64,000 bases of DNA from Octopus vulgaris. Its lineage: Eukaryota. Positions 1-13,574 of the stretch are shown here, piece by piece (position 1 is the stretch's first letter; every line of letters starts with the position of its first letter). The notes under the pieces were generated by a model, which searched no databases, was not told where the DNA came from, and was given only the letters and a program-made list of their open reading frames with translations. The position numbers were made by a program, and so were the translations under genes. The DNA is taken from the NCBI GenBank assembly GCA_951406725.2, contig OX597815.1, forward strand, positions 138,632,001 through 138,696,000. Direction: 5' to 3'.

Positions 1-210
1 AAGTAAAAAAACCTGAAAAATAATCCAGAATCTTTTCCGGTACCAGAACAATCCCCAAATATAATCAGTTTGTGCCAGACACGAGGCCAAACATCCCTGC
101 AAGTTTCATTCGAATCCATCCAGCGGTTCTTGAGATATCTTGACCACGGACAAACAAACAAACACGACTGAAACAATACCCCCGCCTTCACTAAAGCAGG
201 GGAAATAATA
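1..210 (+). mobile_element. 3' part of a non-autonomous Helitron-like interspersed repeat (cut by window edge)
   Basis: Short (CAAA)n core at ~150-163, then a terminal GC hairpin (cccc-gc...gc-agggg, 179-202) and an A-rich flank. This layout is typical of invertebrate Helitron-N/HINE-type repeats. Confidence 0.45.
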
Positions 211-789
211 AAGCATAATGGATAGTCCAAGTAGCGAATTACACCTAAAATGCTGTGAATAAGAAGGGTTTTGCCATAATAAAAGCAATTACTTGAAAAC
301 AGTTGTGAAAAAAAAAAAAAAACGGGTAAGTAGAATGTTGCTTACCAGATCTTTTCCATAATTACTGGCAGAATGAGGTTACAAGTCTTCATGAATCTTT
401 AGTTATATAACTTGATATGTATATATCAAATGAATATATAATACTGTAGTTAACTGAAGGGAGGGTTTGCATGATATTGAAAACTAAACCGAAACAAACC
501 TTTGCTTCAAATTTGCGCGCGTACTATTTACGCAGAAACATCTAGGTGGGAAAATTCTAGAAAATATACTAACATGTATGAGAGACGTTTAATGTTTGAT
601 TATTATAGAAGATATCGGAAAGATGTGGAAATGAACGTAACATCAATTGATAATTTATAAATTGGTCATGAACTGCAAAATATAAGAACAAATTTATGTA
701 AAGCTTAAATCAATTATTGAAAGTACGTGATTCAATGTCACCTAAAGCTCACTCAGGTCTCGAAAAAAACTAGATGACTGTTAAAAATA

Positions 790-1200
790 GAAAGCGACGT
801 TGGAGTGTATAGTTAGCATCAGAAGGAGACATTTTAACAGATAGACTGATTAGAAGAAGAATCTTTGAAGGGAGCTGCCCTTCTCTTCTATACTGTTTGT
901 AATAGCATGATATCTTTGTCAGCTATAAAAAACAAACCAGAAGTATGATATTAATTGGGAACGAACAGGAGTAAAGAGAATCATAAGTTTATGGGTTATT
1001 TAAAACATCGTGATAAAGACAAGTATTAACTGGATTCTGTGGTGTTAAGTGTAAGAATATTTAACTTTGAGACGACATTAAGAATGTAAAAAGCACCATG
1101 CAGGCGACGAAGCACGGAAAACATCATAAAATAAACTGGAATGGATCTACTTGATGGTAAAAATATAAAATCCTTAAGTGTAGAAGAGTAAAAGCAAGCA
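790..1200 (+). pseudogene. Highly decayed R4/Dong-like non-LTR RT fragment
   Basis: agaagaagaatctttgaaggg...ctgtttgtaatagcatgatatctttgtc...aatcataagtttatgggttatttaaaac reads as an eroded RGIFQGDSLSPLLFVIAMIPLS...NHLLFMDDLK, with many indels. Confidence 0.45.
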
Positions 1201-2069
1201 TTATAAAACCTAAAATAAACTGAAAGTAGTTAAGTTACAGTTACTTTTCAATTTAGGGATATCTCCCTGCTAGTTTAATGTCAGCATGTTGCTTTATGTG
1301 ATAATTACACGGAATCACATGCATCACCTGGTGAATGATTGCAGATGCCTGGAAGCAAGACGCAGTCGCTTAATATAGATATCAATGGAGGTTATTCATC
1401 TGTTTTGCCTGTTAGTCGTTGGTAAGTACGCAATTAACGTAGATAATCAAGCATGAAGATAACACAAGAACACAGAGATAACACAGCTAAAGACCAAAAA
1501 ATATATATATTTATAAAGAATTGATGCATACTAAAATTATATACATATAATAAGAATATCTACGTATATAAAAACATCTTCTTTATGTTTAAAATATACA
1601 AAGCCTTCTAGCGAATGATATACTTAGGATGTCATAAATTCTTGACTGTATAGCTCAGGTGTCGAACATATTGCAGATTTGGTTATTTTAAAGAATTGAT
1701 ATAACTTGACCTCGATATTGTGAAGAAGACGTTACAAATACGTTGGCGATAGACATTAGTTCACAAGGGGTAATGACATATTGCAAATTGTAAGGATTAC
1801 CACCGTTATACAAATGTATGCCAATACTTATAGATAATTTTACTTTAGCGTCCGCCAGTAGTATTCCTTAGGTGGCTATTTTATTATGTAGTCACAATGG
1901 AGAAGTGGTGTGCTTACAGCTATTGTAGCAAAACATTTCATACTAATGTGAGATTTATCTTGATCATAATGCAGTGAATTCAGTTTCAGAAACTTTTATG
2001 TAGGTGGCATACACACACGCGCGCGGACGCATGCACACATATATTCACACTTTTACACACATATGAATG

Positions 2070-2890
2070 AGTGGACAAAGTAAAGATTGTTGTACTTAAC
2101 ACATTTGATTCATGTTAAATTATACTAGTAACAGTTTGATTGAGTTCTACATTACTTAAAATTTCGTAGACACGTAGGGTGCATCCACATCGTCAGATGT
2201 TTGGAAAGACTAGAAAGTTTGGTGTTTGGGCTCGTACTGGTCAGTTGCTATCTTGTGGCTGTAATGGTTTAAAAGCTACTATTTTCTTTAATTTTTTGCG
2301 GACAGAATGTTTGTTGGATACTGACGCCATTTCATGGCAAGCTACAATTTGGTATAATCAGCAACATAATTTTCTTGTTCTGCCTATGAACGTGGTAAGT
2401 TAGGTTATATAAGATAGTCTGTGGAGTTTGATTACGTTATTTTGCCCATTGATGGATATTGCAAGTTAGTGGAATGTATGTGTTTCTCAAGGACACAGAT
2501 TTGGCAATTAAGGTGAATAAGGAGGAGCCCTATCAAAGATACTCCATTCGATGTTGGGGATGCCATGTCAATTGGTCTGAAGTCGCCAGATGAAGCGGGA
2601 CAGAGATAGAATTTTAACGATCCTTCTAACAGAAGCAACGCATGTGTTTTGTATATCTTCCTTTAAATTCTTTGCCTGTCATTCTCGTGTAATTGTTTGC
2701 GTTGCCATCAGATGGGGTGAAATAGCTCTTTAGATTACAGCTATTGATAACCAAGGTCCCTCATTAGGTAGCAAGTAAAATGTCAGTAGTTACAGACTAG
2801 GGTACGGCCTGTGTTGATGTCTGCTTGCGTATGCTGTAGCGTGCAATACTTGAAGCGATATTATGTTAACACGAGTATCTAAACTTGAAG
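2070..2890 (-). mobile_element. Decayed 3' end of a Penelope-like element (GIY-YIG remnant plus 3' terminal region)
   Basis: Minus-strand remnants NYTRMTGKEFKGRYTKH, LSRFIW, IEWSIFDRAPPY and CQICVLEK match PLE GIY-YIG motifs. An HHR follows, and (TA)n flanks it at ~2893. Confidence 0.6.
2149..2200 (-). ncRNA. Minimal type-I hammerhead ribozyme motif
   Basis: ACAU-CUGACGA-U-GUGGAUGC(acccuac)GUGUCUAC-GAAA-UUUUAAG-UA-AUGU: stem I ACAU/AUGU, 8-bp stem II with G-U pairs, short stem III, GUA cleavage triplet. Confidence 0.75.
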
Positions 2891-4597
2891 TTATATATAT
2901 ATATATAGGTTTAGGAGACATAATAAAAATGAATAAAATATAAATAAAATGGCATATAAATAAAATTAACTAAACATGTAAAATTTAGCCTATTCTCATC
3001 ATACATTGATTTCCGGCTTCTATTTTTTATCACTTACTTCCCTTACACGGTAAATATATAAAATAGTAAATACATATTAAGAACTCTTAAATGTTAATAA
3101 GAATTATCTCTTCTATACCTGGGCTCTCAAGATTGGATTATACGTTGGAAGCCATGAATGATTCGCGAAGAGGGAAATTCAAAAAAGATAAGTCAATATT
3201 TCTATTTCGTTTTCTTATTTTTCTAATTTTTATTATTATTATTATTTTTTATTCCTCAGTTTTGTTCTTCATCTAGTAATAAAAAATTATTTCGACGATT
3301 TCTAGTTGTATAATTTTGATTGTCATGTCTTTATAGATGATGTAAATAGCAAAATAGTTTTATATAATCCAGACCTGAAGATTGGCAGAATAGTCGGATT
3401 GATATGGTATTGAAGTTCAGAGGAAGCAAAAACAATAAAAGTGGAATATACACCGTTTATAGATTCATGGTATAATAATGAGTGTAGGTTTACTGCCTAA
3501 AAAAGAGTGTACGCAAATGTCGTTGCTAAGTTTCATAGCAGAAGTATTATCTGCCTCTAAAAAAGCTAATCTATTCTTTGAAATGAAAGTTTGAGCTATT
3601 GAATTGGTGTGCTGAAATCATAAAAGGTCACCAGTAAGGCAAAAATTAAAAATTATTGACGGTTTTATTTTATATAATATATCAAGATTAAGAAAGAGTT
3701 TTGCATATGTGGTTCTTTCGTATGATATAATTCGTTAGTAGCAAGTCTTTGAGGCATTCTTCATGCAGCTACACGTCCATTGACCTAAAACTGAAAGATT
3801 AAACACACACGCGCGCACAAATACACACACACTTATGCATACATGCGCAAATGTAGACATAGGTTCTTAGATTCTAAACTGCAGTATAGGTGATCTATCG
3901 TTGTGTTAATCTACGATGTTATTTTGAAGCATTCATGAACATTTGATCATATTTATAGAAGCTTGGTAGAGTCTACTAGATTTAGTCTCAGAAAAGAAAT
4001 AGTGAAAATAAACACAGTAAATCATTTAGTCCGGCATTCTACTGTCTCAGCTTGTTTTTACAATATAAAAACTATCAAAGAACAACATTTCATGTTACTT
4101 AAAAGCATCCAGGGAGTAATTGTGTGAATTAGATTTTTCAGATGACAATTTCACATATAAAAACTTAAATATAAATTTTACATCAGACAAAAAATATAAT
4201 GTATCATGTGAAAAAATAAATGTGATAAATCTAATTAAACAATCAAAATCGTGATGAAATATCGGATAAAACTAAAGACAAGGTTAGTAGTATTAAAAAC
4301 ACACCAGAGACAAATTTTCAAATGAAAAGTGGTTTAAACTTCATACATTAATATAAATAAAATAGTGAAACAACTATTGATTTATTTTTTGATGAAACAC
4401 AGAGACACTATTCTTTTTGGGAGATAGGTGTGCTTTACTTATTTATCTATCTATTCTAAGTATATAACACAATGCTGATGGTGATGATTATTACGACAAC
4501 TATGGCGGTAATGATAATAATGATGGTGGTAACGTCTACATACTTATTAAAGAAATAGCTGTATCTGAAAGACTGGCACGAATATATTTCAGACCTC

Positions 4598-4810
4598 AAT
4601 AGTTACTAACCCTATACAAAGCTTACGTGAGACTCGCAAGGGAATAATGCTCACACATCTGGAGCAGTGCTATCAAGACACAAAAACACTCCAGATAGGA
4701 TACCTACCAAAGCCACCTGTCTGATAGGCATGAATTTGTACAACAATCCACTCCTGTCTCTGGTCAACAGATATGGTCTTTTTACTTTGCTTATTCTAAG
4801 TCTACTACAT
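4598..4810 (+). pseudogene. Decayed LINE RT C-terminal fragment (CR1/L2/Jockey group)
   Basis: LLTLYKAYVRL..E*CSHIWS..DRI..KA.CLIG resembles the LYKxxVRPxxEYCSxIW thumb motif. Confidence 0.5.
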
Positions 4811-5156
4811 TAGCAACCTTCAAAAGAGTAACCTTATCTTGTGTCACTATCATTTAAACATTCATCCTTTTGCTTTCTGTCACTCATACTTTGCTTATAT
4901 GAATGACACACACCAATCACGTTAACCACATTTTCTTTTCTCTCCCATGTAATTCCATGACATCAACCTCAGTTTTTTCCCTAGCATTAAAGGTTCTCCG
5001 AAAGCCACAAATCCTAGATCTCCCTGAGAGCAAACGAAGCAAAAACAAAAAAAAAAGAGCACATTCCTCATGTGAAATCTAGTGAAGATTCCTCTCCAAT
5101 AAAGATGTAGAACAAGAGTCAAGTAATTACCGAATATAACGCTATATTTATTAATG

Positions 5157-5360
5157 GTCGGCGAGGTGGCAGAATCGTTACTGCGCCGGACGAAATGCTT
5201 AGCGATATTTCGTCTACCGAGGTCGACTTTGCCCTTCATCCTTTCGGGGTCGATTAAATAAGTACCAGTTACGCACTGGGATGGATGCAATCCACTTAAT
5301 CCCTTTGTCTGTCTTTGTTTGTCCCCTCTATGCTTCGCCCCCTTTGGACAATAAAGAAAT
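5157..5360 (+). mobile_element. SINE family A (ggcgagctggcagaatcgttag...gaggtcgactttgcctttcatcctttcggggtcgat)
   Basis: More than 12 homologous copies in the window; tRNA-like 5' head. Confidence 0.8.
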
Positions 5361-7422
5361 ATATGTATTTATCAATGGAATATGCTATTTCCATGCAATT
5401 ATTAGTAGTTCCGATCTTTGATTCCAATTTATAAGGCAACGTAGTGGAACATGTTAATTATATGTTTTTACTCAGAAGAATGCAATGGAATATGTAAGCC
5501 AATCCTGACACAGATTGTACACTATCATACCAGCTCTGACATATGTTTCATAAAAGCACAGAAGACGGTTGAAAGACTGAAAAAACCCATTTATAGATCA
5601 AACAGGATTAATAACATACTGTGTGCGCGCGACACTTCTTAGTATTGTCGTTGAAGACAAAAACCTTGCAAAATACCAGGGTTTATATTTTCGCTGTAAT
5701 ATTATATTTTACTGAAATATTGCGGCCAACATCAGATAATCCTGCCACAATTTTCATTGCTTATAAAAGCAATAATAAGTATCATTATAATCAACAGGAT
5801 GGCAAATAGCTGGAAACCAGGATGATTGCATGGATGGTAATAAATTTATAAGGTGGGTAATATTTGTAAACGGATGATATTCCAGGTAACAGCAGATAGA
5901 GAAACAACGACGTTACAGAAGTGATACTTTCTATTTACTCCGATGGTCAGTGTCACTAATGGCGTCATGTATTTGCCAAACCTATTATCATACAGAATTA
6001 ACTTTGCAAGCAAAATCTCCAATGCTCTCGAGAATGATGGAGAAAGAAAGAAAAAGAGAGAGAGAGAGAGATTGTGAGAGACAAACAAAGGGAGAAAAAC
6101 ATAGAGTGAAAGGAGAGATAGATGGAAAGAAATTACAGAAAGACAGAAAGAAAAATGGTGATAGAAAAAGAGAGAGAGAGAAAGAAAGAAAGAGTGAGAA
6201 AACGAAAGAGAGAGAGAGAGAGAGAGAGAGATAATGGAGTTAAATGTAACGAATAAAATGTAACATTAATGGCTTTTATAGGAAGATTTAAAACGGGCGG
6301 AAAACAAAAAAAAGAATCAGTTTTTCAATTTTATTGTGTGATCTTAGGAGGATTGTTTTCTATTCCCCAGAAATGACGCAATGGATTCTAACCACGTGAA
6401 CATAGTTCCTTTTATCCTTCACAATCGCAGTAGTTAGAATTCATTTTAAATGCATTATTGTTATATTTCCGTCTTTAGAAAATTATAAGATTTCGAAGAT
6501 TAGTTCCTTGAAAGATTACTGACAAATGTTGCCAATGCTGAACCTAAATCCCAAGAGAAATGAGTAGGCTTTTGTTAGATCAATGTCGGTATAGCCATTT
6601 GCCTTCCATTTTAGATCCGGATTAACAACAATCGATATAATGATTTCTGATTTAAAGCAACAAACGTTGATCAGTTCACTTTTCATTTCAAAGTCATCAG
6701 CGATTTCACCAAAATTTTCTTCGAGATTTTAATATATCGATTTTATTTTCAAATTCAAATAATATACTTGGCATTCACTTGTTCTAAATTTGTAAGCCTC
6801 CCAGAGCGAACCTGAACTATATTTTAAATTTATGCTTTGTCATGATTATTGATTTCTTGAGATTAGACTTATGATCAACTTTGGAAGGAGAAACGGTATT
6901 GCTGATTGAATCATCGATCATAATATAATAGTGCTTATTTAATCGACTGCAGCTGAACGCAAGCCATCTCTGCAACTTATATTTATAATGTAAAGAGGAC
7001 AATATGAAATATTGTAAGACGTTCTAATGTTTTTGCCTAATTACAATTTCTCAGATTTATCATAATTACTGATTTAGTTCCTCAAGAGAAAAGGCCGATA
7101 TCTTCAGGGATGAACAGTTCTTTTAATTGAGCATAATATCTCATTTCTACTTATTAATGTCCCTTGATATTATGATTATCATTCAAGGTAACAAACGCGT
7201 ATTTGGCGATATGGTGGGTGTATTAGAATGTTCTTAAAATATTTAATATCATACGATTAATTTAAATTCTAGATTATTTTGAAGGTAACAATTCATTTCA
7301 TTTAGATAGAGTTGATTAAGTAATTACCAGTCTGATACAGTTATTGATTCAATCGGTTATACTCTTATACCTATAAAGGCTTCAGATAGTTAAGGAGCAA
7401 TGTTCATTTTCCACAAGAATTA

Positions 7423-7550
7423 CAGGGTGATTCAAAAGTCACCATACATAAGAAAAATTTATTTTTATAAGAAACAGTTAAATAAAAAAAAACTGTCTTT
7501 TATATAAAAAAAAAATTCTTCTTATGTATGGCGACTTTTGAATCATCCTA
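7423..7550. mobile_element. Tc1/mariner-type MITE (128 bp)
   Basis: 32-bp TIRs cagggtgattcaaaagtcaccatacataagaa / ttcttatgtatggcgacttttgaatcatccta (3 mismatches), TA on the left flank. Confidence 0.8.
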
Positions 7551-8939
7551 CATATCTCGGAATAGTGGGGTTAAACTCATTGTCGCATAATGTATTCAGC
7601 TGTGTCTATTATATATTTATATTTCGCGTAAGATAAAACGTTCGACTATATAACTAATATTGCTAAACACTTAGATGTTTAGGGTCGGTTTGTATTGAGT
7701 TATTTTCATGTTTATTTGTATCTTGGGTAAATATGATTTCATAAAAATAAATTATATCTATAAATTGATTAAATAATTGAAAAAAAATATGGCTTTGTCC
7801 TTAAAACTATTGTGAATAATTTTCCTCTATTTTATTTTCGTTCTTTTTGGTGCTGATATTCTTGTTTTACTTCTTTGTGAGCTGAACGATTTTAAATTCT
7901 CTCTGTATACTCATATGGTCACATTAGCTTGCTATCACCTACAAATCTGAAATGAATTACTTGGCTCTTTTCTCCGAGATTATCCTGACCATTATCTCGA
8001 AATACAAATTCATCAAAAGCTAATCCTTCGCTTCATGACCATTCTAACATCGAGCAGCTTCCAAGGTATTCCATGAAAGCCATGGTAGCTGGTCCTTCAG
8101 GTGTAAACTAAAGCTACTATTCCAAATATACATCCTTACGTGATATGGCCTGTGTTCGTTAAACCCTTAAAATAATATTGCGGAAGATGCACACAAATGT
8201 TATTATCATGCACCTATCACATAATCCTTCAAGTAAATATATTTCTTACTTGCTTATTTTACAATTTGGTCACGTTTATCTTGTTTTCTGTCATACATTA
8301 ACGATGAAGTAGGTTTCAATCAATTCACATAAATGCATTATCTTTATCATTTTATTTATTGCTCTCGCCGTTATCGTTAGTATCAACATTCTCACCACTG
8401 ACAAGGCTGTCACCACTATCACCACTGTGTCAGACAATAACTACACATGTCCCGATTACTATTAACAGTGTTTCTCTTTAGTAATAGTAATATTTATAGT
8501 ACTGATTTTATTGTTTCTAATCGCGAAGATGCGCGATGAAAGGCGTTCAGGTCGTAACAATCTTTTCTTTTCAGGGATACTCGAGACTTTAATAATCAAT
8601 GTTGAGTGATCACAAGGATATACCCTCGCTGGCCCGTCTTCGTCTTTTTTCGTCTGAGTATGTTTGATAAGCTTTGAACCCCTTATCTTATCAGTTGGCC
8701 TTGCTTAGTCCAAGCGTGCATATGGTCAAGTCAGCTACCAATCACCAACAAGAAATAAAGAGCAGAGCGTTCATAGGAAGACCTCTAGGCGCTTGTAAAA
8801 CTCCACTCGCTTCGCTCTTGTTAGGGCATAGACAGTTACTACTATAAAGCTATAACCTCCGTAAAGAGACTTTTCTTCCTCCGGCTAGTTGTGAACGTTC
8901 CCACAAGTCGTTTTTATATTGTTTTAGGAGAGGGTGTTA

Positions 8940-9850
8940 GTCTATTACTTCTACACAGTACATGAACAGTACTGTATCTTATCGACCCGGGATGAATGTA
9001 AGTCAAAGTAGACCGTGGTGTGATATGAACGCAGAACATAAAGATTTGGAACAACTTCGGGGGTGGTGGTAAGTCGATTACATCGATCCCAGTCCTCAAC
9101 TGGTACTTATTTTATCGACCCCGAAGAGATAAAATTCAAAGTAGGCCTTGGAATTTCTACTTAAAACGTAAAGACGGTCAAAATGCCGCCTTTGATATTG
9201 AAAACGGTTTCTAACTCAAGTATAAGTCCCGCAATTTTGAGGGGTTTAAACAAATTCATAGACTCCAGTTCGTGACTGGTACCTCATTTTATCGACCTCA
9301 AATTGATGAAAAGCAGAACTAACCTGACCGTGATTTCGTAACAAAATAGCCAGGACAAGCAGTACATGACAACTTGTCAGACAGTCTAATGATTATCTCA
9401 ACCCACCATCCTAATAATTGCATATGATTTAGTTCAACACCAGGAATTTTGACGGGCGAGGTTAGTTCATTGCATCAAATGAAGTGAAAAATAATATTGG
9501 CCTTGGCTGGATTTTGATTTATCATGTAAGGAATCGAAAGACTTACGGCAAAGAAATTTTCAGACACTCTTACGATTTTGCCAGTCAACTGCCTATCCAT
9601 TGTCCTTCTGATAATAATGAATGTTTCTAATTAAATCATTAGGCCAGCATCTTTATTGAATGACGGGATGAGGATAGATTAGCGGATACCATGGACGCCA
9701 GCACTTGAGTGGAATGTTATTTTATTGTTCTCGGAGGGATGAAAAATAATATTTACTTCAGTACGATTTGAACTCAGAATATAAAGAGCAGGAACAAATA
9801 CCGTGAAAACTTTTGTCTGATGTTGTAACGAATGTGCTAACCAATCGCTC
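8940..9850 (-). repeat. Head-to-tail array of about 4-5 decayed SINE family A copies
   Basis: Recurrent ctggtacttattttatcgacc...gaactcagaa-like blocks near 9100, 9277, 9500 and 9710. Confidence 0.6.
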
Positions 9851-9904
9851 TAACGTAAAAATGATAATAATGCTGAGTAGAAGAGGAAGAAAGGGAAGAA
9901 ATAA

Positions 9905-10272
9905 CAATAGCAGTAGTAGTAGTAATAGTGGTGGTGGTGGTGGTGGTGGTGGTGATGGTGGTGGTGGTTGTTGTTGTGGTGGTGGTAGTAGTAGGAGTGG
10001 TGGTGATGGTAGTAATAGTCCTAGAAGTGGTGATGTTGGTGATTGTGGTAGTAGTAGTAGCTGTTGTTGCAGCAGCAACTGTAGTAGCAGTAGTAGTGGC
10101 AGCAACAGCAGCAGCAGCGGCAGCAGTAGTACTGGTAGTAGTAGTAGTAGTAGAAGAAGAAGAAGAAGAAGAAGAAGAAGAAGAAGAAGAAGAAGAAGAA
10201 GAAGAAGAAAGAAGAAGAAGAAAAGAAGAAGAAGAAGAAGGAGAAGAAGAAGAAGAAGAAGAAAAAGAAGAA
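9905..10272. repeat. Compound trinucleotide microsatellite (AGT/GGT/AGC then GAA)
   Basis: Directly visible; explains four overlapping homopolymeric ORFs. Confidence 0.95.
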
Positions 10273-10988
10273 GGCACAAGTGGCTGAAAGCTAATTTGAA
10301 GGAAATGTGTTAAGGTATGTGAGATAAAAGAAGTATAAATTAAGTAGATGAGTATGGAAATTGAGAAAGTAAATTGTGAGCTAAGGATACGTGTAGAGGC
10401 ATCGATCGATACAAACCAGAAGTGTATTTTTGTCTATTCGTAATGTACTATTTATTTCATTATATATCTTAATTCAGAAAACGCAGTTTAGTACAGCGGA
10501 ATTGTGTAGAATATATATTTTGTTTTAGGGCAACGCTATTGTTTTATATTCAGCTCATATATGATTGTGAATAACATCTGAAGAAATTTTCCATTGAAAA
10601 AAAACAACACAGTGTTTATTGTAAAGTTCTTATTAGTTCAGTCAATAATAAACGCAGCAATGAGATTTTATTTCCAATAACGGAAAACGACATATACTGA
10701 AATCAGTAATAAGACTAATTTTCGAGTAGAAAGAACTAATTTACAAATAATTCCCACAACAAACAACAAAAATTAAATTTAATTTACATATTGATCATAA
10801 AAACACTATGCAAAGTTCGTATTTCCTATATATATATATATAAATGAGAGCTAGAGTGATATCTACTACTCAAGCATTTTGCCTATGTATCCTATGTATC
10901 CAACATCTGCTTTTCGCTCCATCTTTTTCATTGACTCTCTACCTTTTTCTCTCTAGCAAAATATATAAATCCATTATATATATAATGG

Positions 10989-11610
<622 letters not shown>

Positions 11611-11664
11611 TATATATATATATATATATATACATATATACATATATATACATATATACATATA

Positions 11665-11781
11665 TGTAGAAGAGCGTAGGCTCGAAACGTAGAAGACTTT
11701 CTATTCCTGAGCGTTATACTAATACATCTGTTTGTTATGTACACCACCTGTCTTCGTCTTTTGTTTTTTTGCGAACTCTTC

Positions 11782-11782
<1 letters not shown>
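11665..11782 (+). mobile_element. PLE terminal-repeat fragment with 5'-truncated HHR-like motif (GAGC-GUAG-GCUC family)
   Basis: ugUAGA-A-GAGCguagGCUC-GAAA-CG-UA, homologous to 38108-38313 and 57444-57933, flanked by (TA)n. Confidence 0.65.
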
Positions 11783-11818
<36 letters not shown>

Positions 11819-11819
11819 C

Positions 11820-11866
<47 letters not shown>

Positions 11867-11869
11867 TAA

Positions 11870-12281
11870 TAAATATTAGGGAATAAATCCAAACTTACAG
11901 GGAAAAATCAGATTTAGGATTGAATCCAATTTTATAGTAAAATATAATATTATATTAAATTAGAGACAAAACCATTATTATGCAAATCAAACAAAGAAAG
12001 ACTTAAGCCAAAACATAAATTAATTTATATAATTTAGAAATCTAACAATTATTAATATCCACTACGATCGTTTCATGTCTTCTTTCATCAAATCTTTGTG
12101 TAGTAGACATTCATCAGGTGGTTGAATGTCTACTACACAAAGATTTAATGAAAGAAGATATGAAACGATCGTAGTGGATATTAATAATTGTTACATTTCT
12201 AAATTATATAAATTAATTTATGTATTGGCTTAAGTCTTTCTTTGTTTGATTTGCATAATAGTGGTTTTGTCTCTAATTTAA

Positions 12282-12285
<4 letters not shown>
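11870..12285. mobile_element. Palindromic PLE terminal-repeat insertion (160-bp arms 11954-12113 / 12123-12282)
   Basis: Near-perfect inverted repeat (about 5 mismatches) with a 9-nt spacer, between (TA)n tracts, containing an HHR. Confidence 0.8.
12059..12121 (-). ncRNA. Minimal type-I hammerhead ribozyme motif
   Basis: CCAC-CUGAUGA-AUGUCU(long loop)AGACAU-GAAA-CGAUCG-UA-GUGG: canonical core, palindromic stem III ACGAUCGU, GUA triplet. Confidence 0.85.
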
Positions 12286-12333
<48 letters not shown>

Positions 12334-13099
12334 CGCGTGTTATATGTATGTGAGTGTGCTCAACCCAGTGTGCATTAAAAATGCGATATAAGACTAAAAA
12401 CAGCTAAACTATATTTTATATGTTTGTGTGTTGGATATATAATATAATGAAACGGGGGAGAAAGAAGGTACTTACACGACGTTATACGATTACTATTACA
12501 CGAGACTCAACGCTCTCAATCACGGCTCACAGTGAACCGCTTACCTACCTGAACTGCTCACAATTCTTTAATTTATAACAATGAGTCAGTTCAATTTTAG
12601 TCACTCGGGGAGTGGTCGGAATACTTCTACAGCATCTTCCTATTTTAAAATGAGTTCCCTCTCACTTCTCCCCTTTTGAGCATTGAACTCCGCTCAGAGT
12701 TTTACTATCTCTTACGTGTTTCCATTCTTTTCCGTTCTCTGGTACTAGAACGTGTAGTTTCAAGTTGTTTGGGTGTTGGTACGTCAAACATGTCGTACAA
12801 TACTTTAATGGGGATTTCATTTCTCGTGGCCGTGTTTTCTGTGAATCTTTTCTTAAATTAATTGATATGTGTTTTATGTTCAACATTTTCTCCTTTTACT
12901 AGGAATAACATTTTTTCCAATTTGTTTACTGATAACACCGTTCTTCTAGCTTTCTTTCTCATATCTATACGTTTAAGAAAAAAACTTTGTCATCTAACTT
13001 TTGAAGTATTTGTGTTCGCCTTTTTTATATTTTCACTCGGTATCAGCTTATCAAAGACGGGTCTGATCTTTCTAGCAAACATCAATTCTGCGGGTGATA

Positions 13100-13366
13100 T
13101 TCCGGACGATTATGCGAATGAGGAGTCCAACGTAGGTCATTTATCAGCATGTGTATATATAAAACAAATTCAGAATGAGATAAAAATCCAAGTTTGTGAA
13201 AGATTTTAGAACATTTATAAATAGGTCTTACATCAGTTTCCGGGATATTTTATATATCCCTTCATCGGAGACGCTGTGAGAAAATGGTTAGGCAATAGTT
13301 ATTGCAGATAAGATATGAAATAGATATTTATAAATGTTCTAAAATCTTTCATAACCTTGTATTTTT

Positions 13367-13369
<3 letters not shown>
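13100..13369 (-). mobile_element. PLE terminal-repeat fragment with short 5' inversion
   Basis: 13179-13223 is inverted at 13325-13369 next to (TA)n, and an HHR lies between the arms. Confidence 0.6.
13225..13272 (-). ncRNA. Hammerhead ribozyme motif, U4C core variant
   Basis: GUCU-CCGAUGA-A-GGGAUAU(auaaa)AUAUCCC-G-GAAA-CUGAUG-UA-AGAC. Confidence 0.7.
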
Positions 13370-13444
<75 letters not shown>

Positions 13445-13507
13445 TGGGGATCGTCATTTTTTTTGCCAATTAACCATACGTACTATATACTCATTCTTTA
13501 CTTCAGC

Positions 13508-13567
<60 letters not shown>

Positions 13568-13574
13568 TTAGTGT

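Noticed and set aside
9758-10313. Four overlapping 119-173 aa ORFs
   Set aside because: Translations of a trinucleotide microsatellite.
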